Assembly (NCBI RefSeq): GCF_001194135.2
Contig: NC_068984.1
Location: 100,506,063 to 100,568,461 of the forward strand
From: Octopus bimaculoides
Taxonomy: Eukaryota
Direction of reading: 5' to 3'
DNA length: 62,399 nt
Shown: one piece after another, positions 26,300-39,312 of the stretch
How positions within the stretch are numbered: the first letter of the stretch is position 1
Layout: each line of letters opens with the position of its first letter
Program-made: the position numbers and the translations under genes
The notes under the pieces: generated by a model
What the model was told of the DNA's origin: nothing
Seen by the model: only the letters and a program-made list of their open reading frames with translations
Database searches by the model: none

Positions 26300-26951
26300 A
26301 TATACATAAATATACAAGTATATATGTATATTTATATGTACTTATATATATTTATACATGAATGAATGAATGCGTTTGTGTGTGTATATATGCCTCACAG
26401 CGTTCATACACAAATAATTCTTCTCGTCTGGCCGTAAAGCCTTTTCTGTTTGTTTTCCTGTCTTGTTTTTTGTCCGCCACTACATTCCTCCATGGCAAGA
26501 TTTAATTTCTGTATACAAATTTAATCTGCGGTCCNNNNNNNNNNGTATGTATGTATGTTTGTATATATATAATATATATACATGTATATATATAATAAAT
26601 ATATATTTGTATGTATGTATGTATGTATGTATGTATATTATCCATGCTGTCGCACATATCAGTTATATATTCGGTGTGTATATTTGATATTTAATATATT
26701 GTGTTTACATCAATTTCAAACCCCTGTTATTATTTATATGGCTGTTCATTTTATAGAATTTCAGTTAAAAATTCTTATTTGATCTTATTTTATATTGCTA
26801 ATATCGTGTACGTTCGAGCTTACAATTCTTTATGTCTGTGTGTTTGTCTGTTTACCCCTCTCCTTCTCCCCTCGCACTCGGTATGTATCTCTCTGTCTAC
26901 ATCCCCTTCCTTCTCTATCTTTTTCTGTAAATTTCATTGTCTACACACACA

Positions 26952-27009
<58 letters not shown>

Positions 27010-27748
27010 CTCTCTCTCCCTCTCGCTCTGTAATGTTTCTCTTATTTTCCTCTCTCGGTATGTGGCTCGCTTTGTTTATTCTCACACTTTCTCTGTTTAT
27101 GTCTTCTTCCTATGTTTCACTCTGTCCCTCTCTCCTCTCTCTCCCCGTATATGCCTCTCTACGTCCACCCCTTCTTTCTTTCTCTCTTTCACACACTCTC
27201 TCTGTGCGTGTGTGTATTTCTGTGAGTGAGTGAGTGAGTGTGTATGTGTGTGAGAGAAAGAGCGAGAGCGAGAGAGAGAGAGAGAGAGTGTGTGTGTATG
27301 TGTGTGTCTGTGTATATGTATGTGTGTGTGTCTGTGTCTGCCAATTCCAACATCTTTCCCAGTATTTGTCTCTTTCCTTCTCTTTTTCCTTCTTTCTCCA
27401 CTGCTTTATATCTGTCTCACATACACACAACAAACATACATACATACATACATACATACACACACATACATACACACACACATACATACATACGCACCAC
27501 ATATATACATACGCACCACATATATACATGCATAAATACATTCAAACATACACACAAATACACATGTACACACAAAATCACAATCTCACAATTAAAAAAA
27601 AGCCCTCATAAACGTACACAACAGAAACATACATACACTCACAGGCAAATATATGTACACAAACATTCATGAATGCAATACATACACATACAACATTCAA
27701 CAGACAAACCGCAAATCAAAAACTAGCTATCATATATATATACGTACT

Positions 27749-27800
<52 letters not shown>

Positions 27801-28119
27801 CACGCACACACACACACGAAAAAACACATACATATATACACCCACATATACAGACACATATACAAATAAAAATACACACATAGTAACAGACACTGTGATG
27901 GTGTAATGGTGATGTAATCACGGTGATGTAATGATGATGATGATGTTGATGATAATAACGATGATGATGGTGGTGGTGGTGGTGCAAATATCGACAATGA
28001 AATGTCATGTAAAAAAAACCGGTGAACAAATGAGAATTTAAAATGTAATCAATGTTATTGAGGTTTTAACACATACACAGATACAGAAACATATGTATGT
28101 GCAATAATTTTTATATATT

Positions 28120-28172
<53 letters not shown>

Positions 28173-28294
28173 TATATATGTGCATATACATACATGCATG
28201 CATGCATACATACATACATACATACACACATACACACGTATATATACACGTATATACATATATATGCATATACATTTATGTACATATGTACATA

Positions 28295-28335
<41 letters not shown>

Positions 28336-28345
28336 ACACACACGA
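26300..28345. repeat. Large compound microsatellite region: (TA)n, (CT)n, (GA)n, (CATA)n, (CA)n, (GAT/GGT)n
   Basis: Direct inspection. Confidence 0.9.
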
Positions 28346-29479
28346 ACAAATGAAGTGGATGAAAATGCACAATGGAGTTAAAACAATTGTAATCTTTTTA
28401 GATGAATTGAAAGACAAATAACGGATGTTCTATTTCATTTAGATATGTTAAATATCTTTACATTAAATTCCAACCGGTTTTCACTCTAGAGTTCTTCAAA
28501 GGAAAATGTGAAAAGTAGGTTTTTTTAAAGCTATACTGCTCAAAGGAGACGGACAGGAAGATACAGTTATAAGAATCAGAATTGAGAAGCAGATATAGTA
28601 ATGAGAATGTACAGAAAGGTAAAAATGTTCTAGGTGGAGGAAAAATAAGCTTTTCAGGTAAGGAGTGTTTAGTAATGAATTTAAGTGAAAAGTGAAAAGT
28701 GAAAAGGCTTTTAAACAATAATGCAAGTGTTTAGTAAGGAACTTAAATGGAAATATAAGGATCTTTAAAATGAATTGATGCAGATAGATTGACAGACAAA
28801 TACAGTAATGAGAATCAGATAGATAAGTAGAGAAGAGAAAGTGGTGTAGGTGATTGAAGAATGGGGTATAAGATTACAAGGCAAGGACTGCTTAGTAAAT
28901 ATCTTTGGTTTCATATTTAAATGCTTAGAAGGGACCATTTAGCACAAGATAGAAAGAAAAGTTGTGCAGTGTATGAGATTGAAATGGAAAACAGGCACCG
29001 TCTTCTTTGGCCAAGCACTTACTAGCTTGTACAAGTGATGCTTCCCTGAATATTTATTGAAAGATGGACGAGCGCGGCATGGATGGGCTGAGTGAACAGT
29101 TCTGCTCTGAGTGTATACCCCCGTAAATTGAGGGAGGAAAATAAGGAAAGGGTACTTACTCTAGTGGTCAAGGTAACGGTGGTTTTGTCGGTTTTCTACG
29201 AGCAGTCTTCGAGACGTTACCCTATTTGTGACAATTATTTCTTGTTTGAATCTTTACTTTCTGTGTTTCTGTTATTTTTGCTGTTTACATGTTTTTAAAC
29301 ATTGCATTGAATCGTCCTTGACTATCTACTATGCCCTTAATGGTTCATAAAGAAAACATTATTGTTACTATTTCATATATGCACAACAGGTTAGACTGCT
29401 GGAAAAAAGTTCCTATCATCGGGCTACAAGTAACCTTAGATGCCAAGAACCTTCCTAAGTATCCTAGCTGCCCTTAACA

Positions 29480-29694
29480 ATCCTTTTTACTATAGGCATA
29501 AGGCCTGAAATTTTGGGGGAGGGACCCAGTCGATTAGATTGACCCCAGTACGCAACTGGGGTCAATGAAAGACAAAGTGGAAAGGATGAAAGGCAAAGTG
29601 AACCTCGGCGGAATTTGAATTCAGAACGTTGCAGCAGAAGAAATACTGCTAAGCATTTCGCCCGGCGTGCTAACGATTCTACCAGGTCGCCGCC
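29480..29694 (-). mobile_element. SINE family B, full length
   Basis: Reverse complement of the family consensus, ending cgccgcc. Confidence 0.9.
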
Positions 29695-29982
29695 TTAGCG
29701 GCCCCTAATAATGCTATTTTCTGGAGCTGCACTAAACTAAGTTTTGTGCCTATTTCCCCTATCCATCTGTTTAGATCTTAAGGAATAATTCCTAATGCAC
29801 CTATAACAACAGGGGTACATTTATTATTTCTCTTTATCTCAGGTTTTGTTGGAGTTCCTGGAGTCCTACATGCGTAGCGGGCTTGTTACCAGCAGCCTAC
29901 GGTACCATGCTATCCATTCTTTTCAGCAATCTAATACTTTCCTGATTATTATTATTATTATTATTATTAATAATAATAATAA

Positions 29983-30183
29983 GGCGGCGAGCTGGCAGAA
30001 TCATTAGTACTCCGGACGAAATGCTTTGCAGTATTTCGTCCGTCGCTACGTTCTGAGTTCGAATTCCGCCGAGGTCAACTTTGCCTTTCATCCTTTCCAG
30101 GTCGATAAAATAAGTACCAGTTAGACACAGGGGTCGATGTAATCGACTCATCCCCTCCCCTAAAATGTGGAAAAATCTGAAGC

Positions 30184-30185
<2 letters not shown>
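29983..30185 (+). mobile_element. SINE family B flanked by (TTA)n/(AAT)n
   Basis: GGCGGCGAGCTGGCAGAATC head, GTTCGAATTCC B-box, (ATT)n on both sides. Confidence 0.92.
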
Positions 30186-30214
<29 letters not shown>

Positions 30215-30747
30215 GAGTGAGAAAGCAGTGCATGGGGTAAAATATATGAAGCCCATTATACCCATCATAACTACCCATCTGATAAGGGTACACCAGGCAC
30301 ATGCATCACAACCATATGTGCGCGACATGGTGATCTCATATCAAGATAAACAGCACATAACCTTGCAGGTTGGGCCCAGTTAGAATGTTCTTCAGGTTCA
30401 GTAGCCCATCCCGCTCAAAAGGTCCTTGAATGAAGGTTGCTTAAGGATGTTGAACGAAACACCCATGTCTCTAGAGGTGAATTATCCAAACTCCAAAAAA
30501 TTTGTCTCAACACATGGCTCCTCCACTACTTTTACTCATGATCAGAGATGCACATATCGTCAGCCACCAAGGGAATGCTCAACTGATTAAGGTCAAGCAA
30601 TTGACAAGCAAATCTGTGGTATTGAGCCGAATATTTGCTGTAGCCCATGTTTTGCACCAAGACAAAACATGTATCAATACATGATAACATTTCAAATCAG
30701 TTAAGATGAGAAGCCATGAGAGCTACTGCCTGGTACTGCATCAGGGC

Positions 30748-30750
<3 letters not shown>
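30215..30750. mobile_element. Unclassified ~535-bp non-coding element embedded in (TAT)n
   Basis: Complex sequence bounded on both sides by (TAT)n (30184-30214, 30748-30788). No meaningful ORF. Confidence 0.5.
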
Positions 30751-30788
<38 letters not shown>

Positions 30789-30915
30789 GGCGTAGGAGTG
30801 GCTATGTGGTAAGTAGCTTTCTTACCAACCACATGGTTCCGGGTTCAGTCCCAATGCGTGGCACCTTGAGCAAGTGGAATTGGTAGACGGAAACTGAAAG
30901 AAGCCCGTCGTATAT
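30789..30915 (+). mobile_element. SINE family A head running into a gap at the internal (TA)n
   Basis: GGCGTAGGAGTGGCTATGTGGTAAG...GGTTCAGTCCC...GAAGCCCGTCGTATAT, then N-run. Confidence 0.9.
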
Positions 30916-31705
30916 NNNNNNNNNNNNNNNNNNNNNNNNNNNNNNNNNNNNNNNNNNNNNNNNNNNNNNNNNNNNNNNNNNNNNNNNNNNNNNNNNNNNN
31001 NNNNNNNNNNNNNNNNNNNNNNNNNNNNNNNNNNNNNNNNNNNNNNNNNNNNNNNNNNNNNNNNNNNNNNNNNNNNNNNNNNNNNNNNNNNNNNNNNNNN
31101 NNNNNNNNNNNNNNNNNNNNNNNNNNNNNNNNNNNNNNNNNNNNNNNNNNNNNNNNNNNNNNNNNNNNNNNNNNNNNNNNNNNNNNNNNNNNNNNNNNNN
31201 NNNNNNNNNNNNNNNNNNNNNNNNNNNNNNNNNNNNNNNNNNNNNNNNNNNNNNNNNNNNNNNNNNNNNNNNNNNNNNNNNNNNNNNNNNNNNNNNNNNN
31301 NNNNNNNNNNNNNNNNNNNNNNNNNNNNNNNNNNNNNNNNNNNNNNNNNNNNNNNNNNNNNNNNNNNNNNNNNNNNNNNNNNNNNNNNNNNNNNNNNNNN
31401 NNNNNNNNNNNNNNNNNNNNNNNNNNNNNNNNNNNNNNNNNNNNNNNNNNNNNNNNNNNNNNNNNNNNNNNNNNNNNNNNNNNNNNNNNNNNNNNNNNNN
31501 NNNNNNNNNNNNNNNNNNNNNNNNNNNNNNNNNNNNNNNNNNNNNNNNNNNNNNNNNNNNNNNNNNNNNNNNNNNNNNNNNNNNNNNNNNNNNNNNNNNN
31601 NNNNNNNNNNNNNNNNNNNNNNNNNNNNNNNNNNNNNNNNNNNNNNNNNNNNNNNNNNNNNNNNNNNNNNNNNNNNNNNNNNNNNNNNNNNNNNNNNNNN
31701 NNNNN

Positions 31706-31738
<33 letters not shown>

Positions 31739-32596
31739 GGGTGTTAGACTGGCAAAATTGTTAGAGCATCAGAAAAATGGTTTGCAGTAATCAGTTATGA
31801 CAATTTACGCTCTAAGTTCTAATTCAGTCGATTTCAATTTTTCCTTTCTATCCCAGCTCAAAAGATCGATCAAATAAGGCACAAATCGAATGCTGGGTTC
31901 GGTATAATCGACTATTCACCGCCCTCAAAACCTATGGCGTTTGCCTTTGTAAGTAACAAATAAAAAGGGCGTTAGGTTGGTAGAATCATTTGATGGTCGG
32001 TGAAAAGTTTTTACGGTAATTCTTTCAGGTCTTTATATTCTGAGATTAAATTTCTCCGAAGCCAAACATTGCCTTTGATCCTACTATTTCATCCCTGAAA
32101 TATATAACCATAGTTAACGGAAGGCCGGAAGGGAATCAACAGATGTTATGGCCAGGAATGCGAGACAAACGAATCTAAATTCATACTCTTCAAGGATGTG
32201 ACAGTATTAATAACGGAAGGAAAATTAGACTAAACTGCAGAAAAAGGAAGAGAGTTAACAAATGTTAATGTTACGAATATAGTCGTCTGGCTTTTTTTCT
32301 ATTCTTTGACTTCTTACTTTCCAAATATGCTTTGTAAAATATTGTGCGGTTTTCCAAGAAGCGATGACAGAACGAACTGTTAAGCTGCTGCATGTATTTT
32401 TTGGGACACATCAATATAAAAGGGATAAAAGTGTTGCAGACTCTCTCTTACAGTAGAAAACCACATCTTACGCTACCCTATTCGTTCTTATTTAAAATAC
32501 AGCAGGAAAATCTCCACTTGTCGACACATAGCCAAAGTCTTTCTCGAGAATTTCACGAAGGAATTCCCAGTTACATAAGAAACGAGATCTGCTTAA

Positions 32597-32873
32597 CCCA
32601 TTACCTACCAGTGATCTCATATGGGATCACTTAAAAATTACAAATTTCGTAATTATCTGTCAATATTTACACATATCTAACCCTTTTGCTATATCTACTA
32701 GGTATATTTCTCTGATATTCAAATGAGGTTTGCTAATTTTTCACCCAATATCTCGCTTATTTCTATTTAAAATGTTATTTTGATCATTCCAGCGTGTTTC
32801 TAAGGCTGTTTTATGCTAGAAATCAAAGCTTCGTACAAAAATTCCAGTTAATAGAATTATGGGAGGTAATGGG
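32597..32873. mobile_element. piggyBac-type MITE (277 bp)
   Basis: TTAA target duplication at 32593-32596 and 32874-32877. TIRs CCCATTACCTACC / GGGAGGTAATGGG (12 of 13 match). Confidence 0.85.
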
Positions 32874-33094
32874 TTAAAATATCCAGAATCATTCCGTTGA
32901 GTTCCCTTCCACTGTGGTGACGTGTTCAAGCGAATTTGGGGAGATCGAAGAAAATCTCAGCTCAGACTTTTACCTATATTTCCAGTGGATAGGGGGTTCA
33001 GTTTCACAGCACTCGCAACTTTTCATACAATTTTAATCTCGAATGTGGTATATCGACGCACACATAAATAGATAGATTATATATATTTTGTGTG

Positions 33095-33126
<32 letters not shown>

Positions 33127-33464
33127 CGCGTGTACTTTATAAAAACGCAGCAAAAAAATATCACAAAGACTGTTACTCAGAGTTTCACGTTTCCGTTCGT
33201 AATCCAAATAATAGCACATCTTTAATGATCAGTTACAATCGCTTTCAAAGCTATTTCATGTTCGAAGTGAAATCAGGATTTTCTACACCTGAAGAATTTC
33301 GGTATTAGTCTGGATTCCGACAGCGTTGGTAGCCCAGAACTTGGGTTGAATGGCGTGTTGGAAATACCCTATATCTATACCTTACCAGGAACCTAGATTT
33401 TTACTCCATACAGTTTATATATATATATATATTATCCGAAATGTATAGTATTAAATATTCATCA

Positions 33465-33558
33465 CGGCTGATCTTACCAATCGGTTTCGCGTAAAGAATA
33501 CAATGGAGTGTTAGGTAACAATCCGATTATGTAACTTTACGCTCATCAGAGTTAGCCG
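33465..33558 (-). ncRNA. Type I hammerhead ribozyme, structurally complete
   Basis: Minus strand: CGGCTAACT-CTGATGA(33549-33543)-GCGTAAAG...CTTTACGC (8-bp stem II)-GAAA-CC-GATT-GG-TA|AGATCAGCCG. Stem III is 3 bp plus a tetraloop, the cleavage triplet is GUA, and stem I is AG/CT plus an internal loop plus AGCCG/CGGCT. Confidence 0.85.
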
Positions 33559-33644
33559 ATATGGAAGGGAATATGGCGACTGCTCCTTATTGTCGGAGGT
33601 GGATGAACGCAACCGGTCAGCGGCTGGTGTGAAAAAAGGTGGTC

Positions 33645-33677
<33 letters not shown>

Positions 33678-33678
<1 letters not shown>

Positions 33679-33837
33679 CACGGGCTTCTTTCAGTTTCCG
33701 TCTACCAAATCCACTCACAAGGCTTTAGTCGGCCCGAGGCTATAAAAGACACTTGCCAAAGGTGCCACGCAGTGGGACTGAACCCGGAACTATATGGTTA
33801 GGAAGCAAGCTTCTTACCACACAGCCACGTCAGCACC
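33678..33837 (-). mobile_element. SINE family A head (tail missing)
   Basis: Reverse complement of the head through GAAGCCCG, then (TA)n 33646-33675. Confidence 0.9.
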
Positions 33838-34489
33838 TATATATATAATTATGTAGATGTATGTAAATGCGTGTGTGTCCATATGTGAGTGCGCATGTGT
33901 GTGCGCATGTGTAATGCACGTACATGTATGTTTGACATTCGTATGTCCTGGCACTCTTATTTTATTGTTAATGCCAGGCAACCGTGCTGCGTTCTGATTG
34001 TGTATTTGTGAACTCATGTATCACTTGTTTGTTTTATTGTCTCGCCCCACCCGCTACAAACGAACACATCTACCACCGTCTTAGCTAACACTAGCATCCT
34101 TGCCACCAAACCACCTCAACTACCACCACCACCACCACCACCATTTTGCTAGAACTACAGCCGATTTAAACCCTCCTCACCTCGTTTGCCACTCTGTTTC
34201 TCACCAGTGTCAACATGTTCGTTTGTTCTCATATTCGTTATCACCACCCACACAGCCAGCAGCACAAACAACCAACGTACATACCGCGATATAAAACACA
34301 CACCCATGACTTCGTACACGCACCATCAGGGCGAGCATCTATCCCTACTATCTTTCTAATATCATTAACACCCGGTATACAACCATCAACACTCACCATC
34401 ATCTTCATCCCTTTAGCCTAGTGGTTGTCAACCATTTTTTGTCTATGGACCCCTTTTGTTTCCAGTTTCTTATTTCCTTATCGCCCAAA

Positions 34490-34702
34490 AGGGGCTAAAC
34501 ATAGAGGGGACAAACAAGGACAGACAAAGGGATTAAGTTGATTACATCGACCTCAGTGCGTAACTGGTACTTAATTCATCGACCCCGAAAGGATGAAAGG
34601 CAAAGTCGACCTTGGCGGAATTTGAACTCAGAACGTAATGCCAGACGAAATACCGCTAAGCATTTCGCCCGGCGCGCTAACGTTTCTGCCAGCTCACCGC
34701 CT
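34490..34702 (-). mobile_element. SINE family B (long-tail subtype)
   Basis: Consensus body plus ggacagacaaagggattaag tail. Confidence 0.9.
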
Positions 34703-34767
34703 TTTGATTCCAGTTTCTCTCGGACGAATCTTTATAACCGTTTGATGTTTTTTTTAAAAATCCTTTG

Positions 34768-35169
34768 TCTTTTACTTGTTTCAGTCATTCGACTGCGGTC
34801 ATGCTGGGGCTCCGCTTTGAAGAATATTTAGTCAAATAAACCGACCCCAGTACCTATTTTTTTTAAAGCCTGGTACTTATTTTATCGATCTCTTTTGCCG
34901 AACTGCTAAGGTACGGGCTCATAAACATACCAACACCCGTTCTTAAGCGGTGGTGGTTGGACAAACAGAGACTCAAAGATACACCTCCACAACACACCTA
35001 TATATACGACGGGCTTCTTTCAGTTTCCGTCTATCAAATCCATCCACAAGGCTTTGGTCGGCCTGAGACAATAGTAGGAGACAATAGCCCACGGTGCCAC
35101 GCAATGGGACTGAACACGGAACCATGCGATTACGAAGCAAGCTCATTACCATACAGCCACGCCTGCGCC
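34768..35169 (-). mobile_element. SINE family A, full length
   Basis: Tail CTTTTACTTGTTTCAGTC through head CAGCCACGCCTGCGCC. Confidence 0.9.
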
Positions 35170-35521
35170 TACTGCATTTTTATAATTAAATATTATTGAG
35201 AATTGTATGAAAAATTGTGAAAATATTTTATGTATTGTAGTCGTATAAGCACACCGTTGCACATAAATTTTAATAACAAAATTTTATATGGAATCTCAAG
35301 AGCCTCACAGACCATTTTTAGGAGCACCATTACAAGCCCTTATGACATCATCCGCACCGTCCATTCCCAACATTCTTTTAATTTCTTACCCTTCTGTATA
35401 TCATTCTTTACACCTCGGTTCCCTATATAACCAGCTAAGTCATATGTCACAGACAGTTCTTGAGTCTCGTGCCAAAACAACAAATATTTTGCTATGGATT
35501 AAATGTAAAATTTATATACAT

Positions 35522-35900
35522 GTAGCTTGCTTACCAACCGCATAGTTCCGGGTTCAGTCTCACTGCCTGACATCTTGAGCAAGTGTCTTCTACTATAGCC
35601 TCGGGCCGACCAAAGCCTTGTGAGTGGATTTGGTAGACGGAAACTGAAAGAAGCCCGTCGTATATATGTATATATGTGTGTGTGTCTGTTTGTGTGTCTG
35701 TGTTTGTCCCCCTAGCATTGCTTGACAACCGATGCTGGTTTGTTTATGTCCCCGTAACTTAGTGGTTCGGCAAAAGAGACTGATAGAATAAGTACTAGGC
35801 TTACAAGGAATACGGCCCGGGGTCGATTTGCTCGACTAAAGGCGGTGCTCCAGCATGGCCGCAGTCAAATGACTGCAACAAGTAAAAGAGTAAAAGAGAG
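35522..35900 (+). mobile_element. SINE family A, near full length
   Basis: B-box GGTTCAGTC, internal TA/TG tract, GTAAAAGAG tail repeats. Confidence 0.9.
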
Positions 35901-36295
35901 TATACATATGTGTGTATCTGTGTGTGTGTGTAAGTATGTATTCGAATAGATTCATGCATATATATATGCACATATACATGATGATGATGGCTGTCCACTC
36001 GTGACCGAAGAAGACCATCACTGACCATTGTGCACCCAGATAAATTTACTCGTACACTTGTGACTCTGATGGTGACTAATGCACAAACACAAACGTTTGC
36101 AAATAATGCAGAACAAGCTTCTGACATTCACTACACTGGTGGTGCGTTCTCATGCATTCTAAATCATGCCTGAAAATGCACTTCCTTTTTTTAAAAAACA
36201 TTCATTCCTTCCTGTATTTGTTTTCTTCAATTGTAGCGATGACAAGCATCTCTTTCCCAATTGACGACCCGTACTTCACATACTAATAAACATAC

Positions 36296-36653
36296 CTGTT
36301 ATTGTTGGCACTCCGTCGCTTACGATGTCGAGGGTTCCAGTTGATCCGATCAACGGAACAGCCTGCTCGTGAAATTAACATGCAAGTGGCTGAGCACTCC
36401 ACAGACACGTGTACCCTTAACGTAGTTCTCGGGATATTCAGCGTGACACAGTGTGACCCTTTGAATTACAGGCACAACTGAAACAGGAAGTAAGAGTGAG
36501 AGAAAGTTGTGGTGAAAGAGTACAGCAGGGTTCGCCACCATCCCCTGCCGGAGCCTCGTGGAGCTTTTGGTGTTTTCGCTCAATAAACACTCACAACGCC
36601 CGGTCTGGGAATCGAAACCACGATCCTATGACCGCGAGTCCGCTGCCCTAACC
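36296..36653 (-). mobile_element. tRNA-derived SINE family C (head type 1)
   Basis: Minus strand GGTTAGGGCAGCGGACTCGCGGTC..GGTTTCGATTCCC tRNA-like head. 3' half shared with 44325-44650. Confidence 0.8.
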
Positions 36654-37449
36654 NNNNNNNNNNNNNNNNNNNNNNNNNNNNNNNNNNNNNNNNNNNNNNN
36701 NNNNNNNNNNNNNNNNNNNNNNNNNNNNNNNNNNNNNNNNNNNNNNNNNNNNNNNNNNNNNNNNNNNNNNNNNNNNNNNNNNNNNNNNNNNNNNNNNNNN
36801 NNNNNNNNNNNNNNNNNNNNNNNNNNNNNNNNNNNNNNNNNNNNNNNNNNNNNNNNNNNNNNNNNNNNNNNNNNNNNNNNNNNNNNNNNNNNNNNNNNNN
36901 NNNNNNNNNNNNNNNNNNNNNNNNNNNNNNNNNNNNNNNNNNNNNNNNNNNNNNNNNNNNNNNNNNNNNNNNNNNNNNNNNNNNNNNNNNNNNNNNNNNN
37001 NNNNNNNNNNNNNNNNNNNNNNNNNNNNNNNNNNNNNNNNNNNNNNNNNNNNNNNNNNNNNNNNNNNNNNNNNNNNNNNNNNNNNNNNNNNNNNNNNNNN
37101 NNNNNNNNNNNNNNNNNNNNNNNNNNNCACAGGCATGTCAGAATATTTAACTAGGATTTTATAAAATAAATTATCTTTCTCGTATCTCCTTCTCCTTCTT
37201 GTACGCATGTGCAGCATCTTTGGTTACTATGGAAACAGTTCTTTGCAATCAGCTATGCAACACGCTGTGCTTCTATGCTTTGGTTACTATGGAAATAGAA
37301 ATTTTCGCCACGGTGATATGTTAAATATTCACTTCTGATTGGCTAAAATACCCAAATTTTGCAAATTTTAAAGGCTAATAACTCTTTGATTATGGATTTA
37401 TAAGAAAAATAAATTTCATTTTCATAATTAGTATACAAAACAATCTATA

Positions 37450-37599
37450 GGCGCAGGAGTGGGTGTGTGGTAAGTAGCTTGCTTATCAACCACATGGTTC
37501 TGGGTTCAGTGCCACTGCATGGCACCTTGGACAAGTGTCTTCGGGCCGACCAAAGCCCTGTGAGTGGATTTGGTAGACGGAAATTGAAAGAAGCCCGTC

Positions 37600-37635
<36 letters not shown>

Positions 37636-37860
37636 ATATGTTTTTGTGTGTCTGTGTTTGTCCCTCCACATCGCTTGACAACCGACGTTGGTGTGTTTAC
37701 GTCCCTGTAACTTAGCGGTTCGGCAAAAGATATCGATAGAATAACTACTAGGTTTACAAAGAATAAGTCCTGGGGTCGATTTGTTCGACAAAAGGCGGTG
37801 CTCCAGCATGGCCGTAGTCAAATGACTGAAACAAGTAAGAGTAAAAGAGAGAGTAAAGAG
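37450..37860 (+). mobile_element. SINE family A, full-length reference copy
   Basis: GGCGCAGGAGTGGGTGTGTGGTAAG (A-box-like), GGTTCAGTGCC (B-box-like), CACCTTGGACAAGTG, GAAGCCCGTCG(TA)n(TG)n, CTCCAGCATGGCCG, GTAAAAGAG tail. Confidence 0.92.
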
Positions 37861-38202
37861 TATATACCAAAGTTGAAGACAATTGGAACAAAATCGTAAA
37901 CAGTGACGAAAACCACAAAGATCCCGCAGGTCTTTAACATTGACGTATTTCATTCATTAGACTGTGGCCATGCTGGGGCACCTCCATGTAGAAGTTTAAT
38001 CGAACAAATCGACACCAGTACTTATTTTTTGAAAGTCTGATACTTATTCTGTTGGTCTTTTTTGTCGAACCGCTAAATTTACGTGGACATAAACACATCA
38101 ACATCAGTTGTCTAGCAGTGATGGTGGTTCTGAAGGCCAAGACAGACGAAGACACACACGCGGCTTGACACACGACGGGCTTCTACCGAATCCACTTACA
38201 CG

Positions 38203-38440
38203 CCATTTTTCTGTCTGTGGAACCCTTTTATTCCTATTTTTACTTGGGTGGACCATCATAGCCATTCGATGTTTGAAAAAGAATCCTATTGTATTTTTAT
38301 AATCAAATATTATTAAAAAATATCATTAAAATTGTTAAAATACTTTGTGTATTGTACACAGTTTTATTGCATATAAATTTTAATAACAAAATCTTATATG
38401 GACCCCCGAGGGTGATATGGACCTTTGGTGAGAACCACTG
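38203..38440. mobile_element. hAT-like MITE copy
   Basis: Ends GAGAACCACTG at 38440. Body shared with 3240-3495. Confidence 0.65.
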
Positions 38441-39312
38441 CTGTAGTGGAAGACACTTGTCTAAGGTGACACACAGTGGGACTCAACATGAGAAGCAGAC
38501 TATTTCACACACAGCCAGCTGTTGCACATATTTTAAACTTGCCACTGCAAGCCACCGATATTTTGGTCCACAAAGAAAGTAAAGACCGATACAGTTTGGC
38601 ATCACTGTGTCGTCGCAAGCATAACAACACGAATACAACGAGCTGAGACAGATATTATAGGGTAATGAGGCCTTTGTTCTATTTATTCTACCAAGCCACT
38701 ACTATATATTTTGCACTATGTATTGAGCATTTCTTCCGCTTGTTCATTGTAAAGAACACACACACACACAAACACACACACGCACACACAAACACACGTA
38801 CGTACACCACATACACACCCACGTTGGTTTGTGCATTTGCGTAGACATGGATACACATATTTAAACAGCATTTANNNNNNNNNNNNNNNNNNNNNNNNNN
38901 NNNNNNNNNNNNNNNNNNNNNNNNNNNNNNNNNNNNNNNNNNNNNNNNNNNNNNNNNNNNNNNNNNNNNNNNNNNNNNNNNNNNNNNNNNNNNNNNNNNN
39001 NNNNNNNNNNNNNNNNNNNNNNNNNNNNNNNNNNNNNTATATATATATATATGTATATGTATGTATGTATTATTATAAATTTGGGATTTTACCAATAGAA
39101 CCGCAACTAACTATTTCAGGATAACCTTATTATATGGAATACACACAGAAAGTTATATCCAATAAAATAATATAAGCGTTTAAAAAAACTACTATAAAAT
39201 ACAATAAAATTATTTGAAAAATATATATAACTTACCTATTATTAGCCTGTGGGGAAAGAAGATATTTTAATCAACGCTACGCGTATTTTCTGCGCTGGTA
39301 GGGTGTTTATCA

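Noticed and set aside
28450-29100. Purine-rich strand suggesting another PLE 5' region, and an (AAGTGAA)n IRF-like motif at ~28683
   Set aside because: No convincing protein motif on translation, and the short repeat is explicable as slippage.
33431-33837. Pol III read-through chimera of SINE head plus hammerhead (same strand), analogous to Schistosoma Sm-alpha repeats
   Set aside because: A T6 run on the minus strand (A6 at 33632-33637) lies between the SINE promoter and the ribozyme and would be expected to terminate Pol III first.
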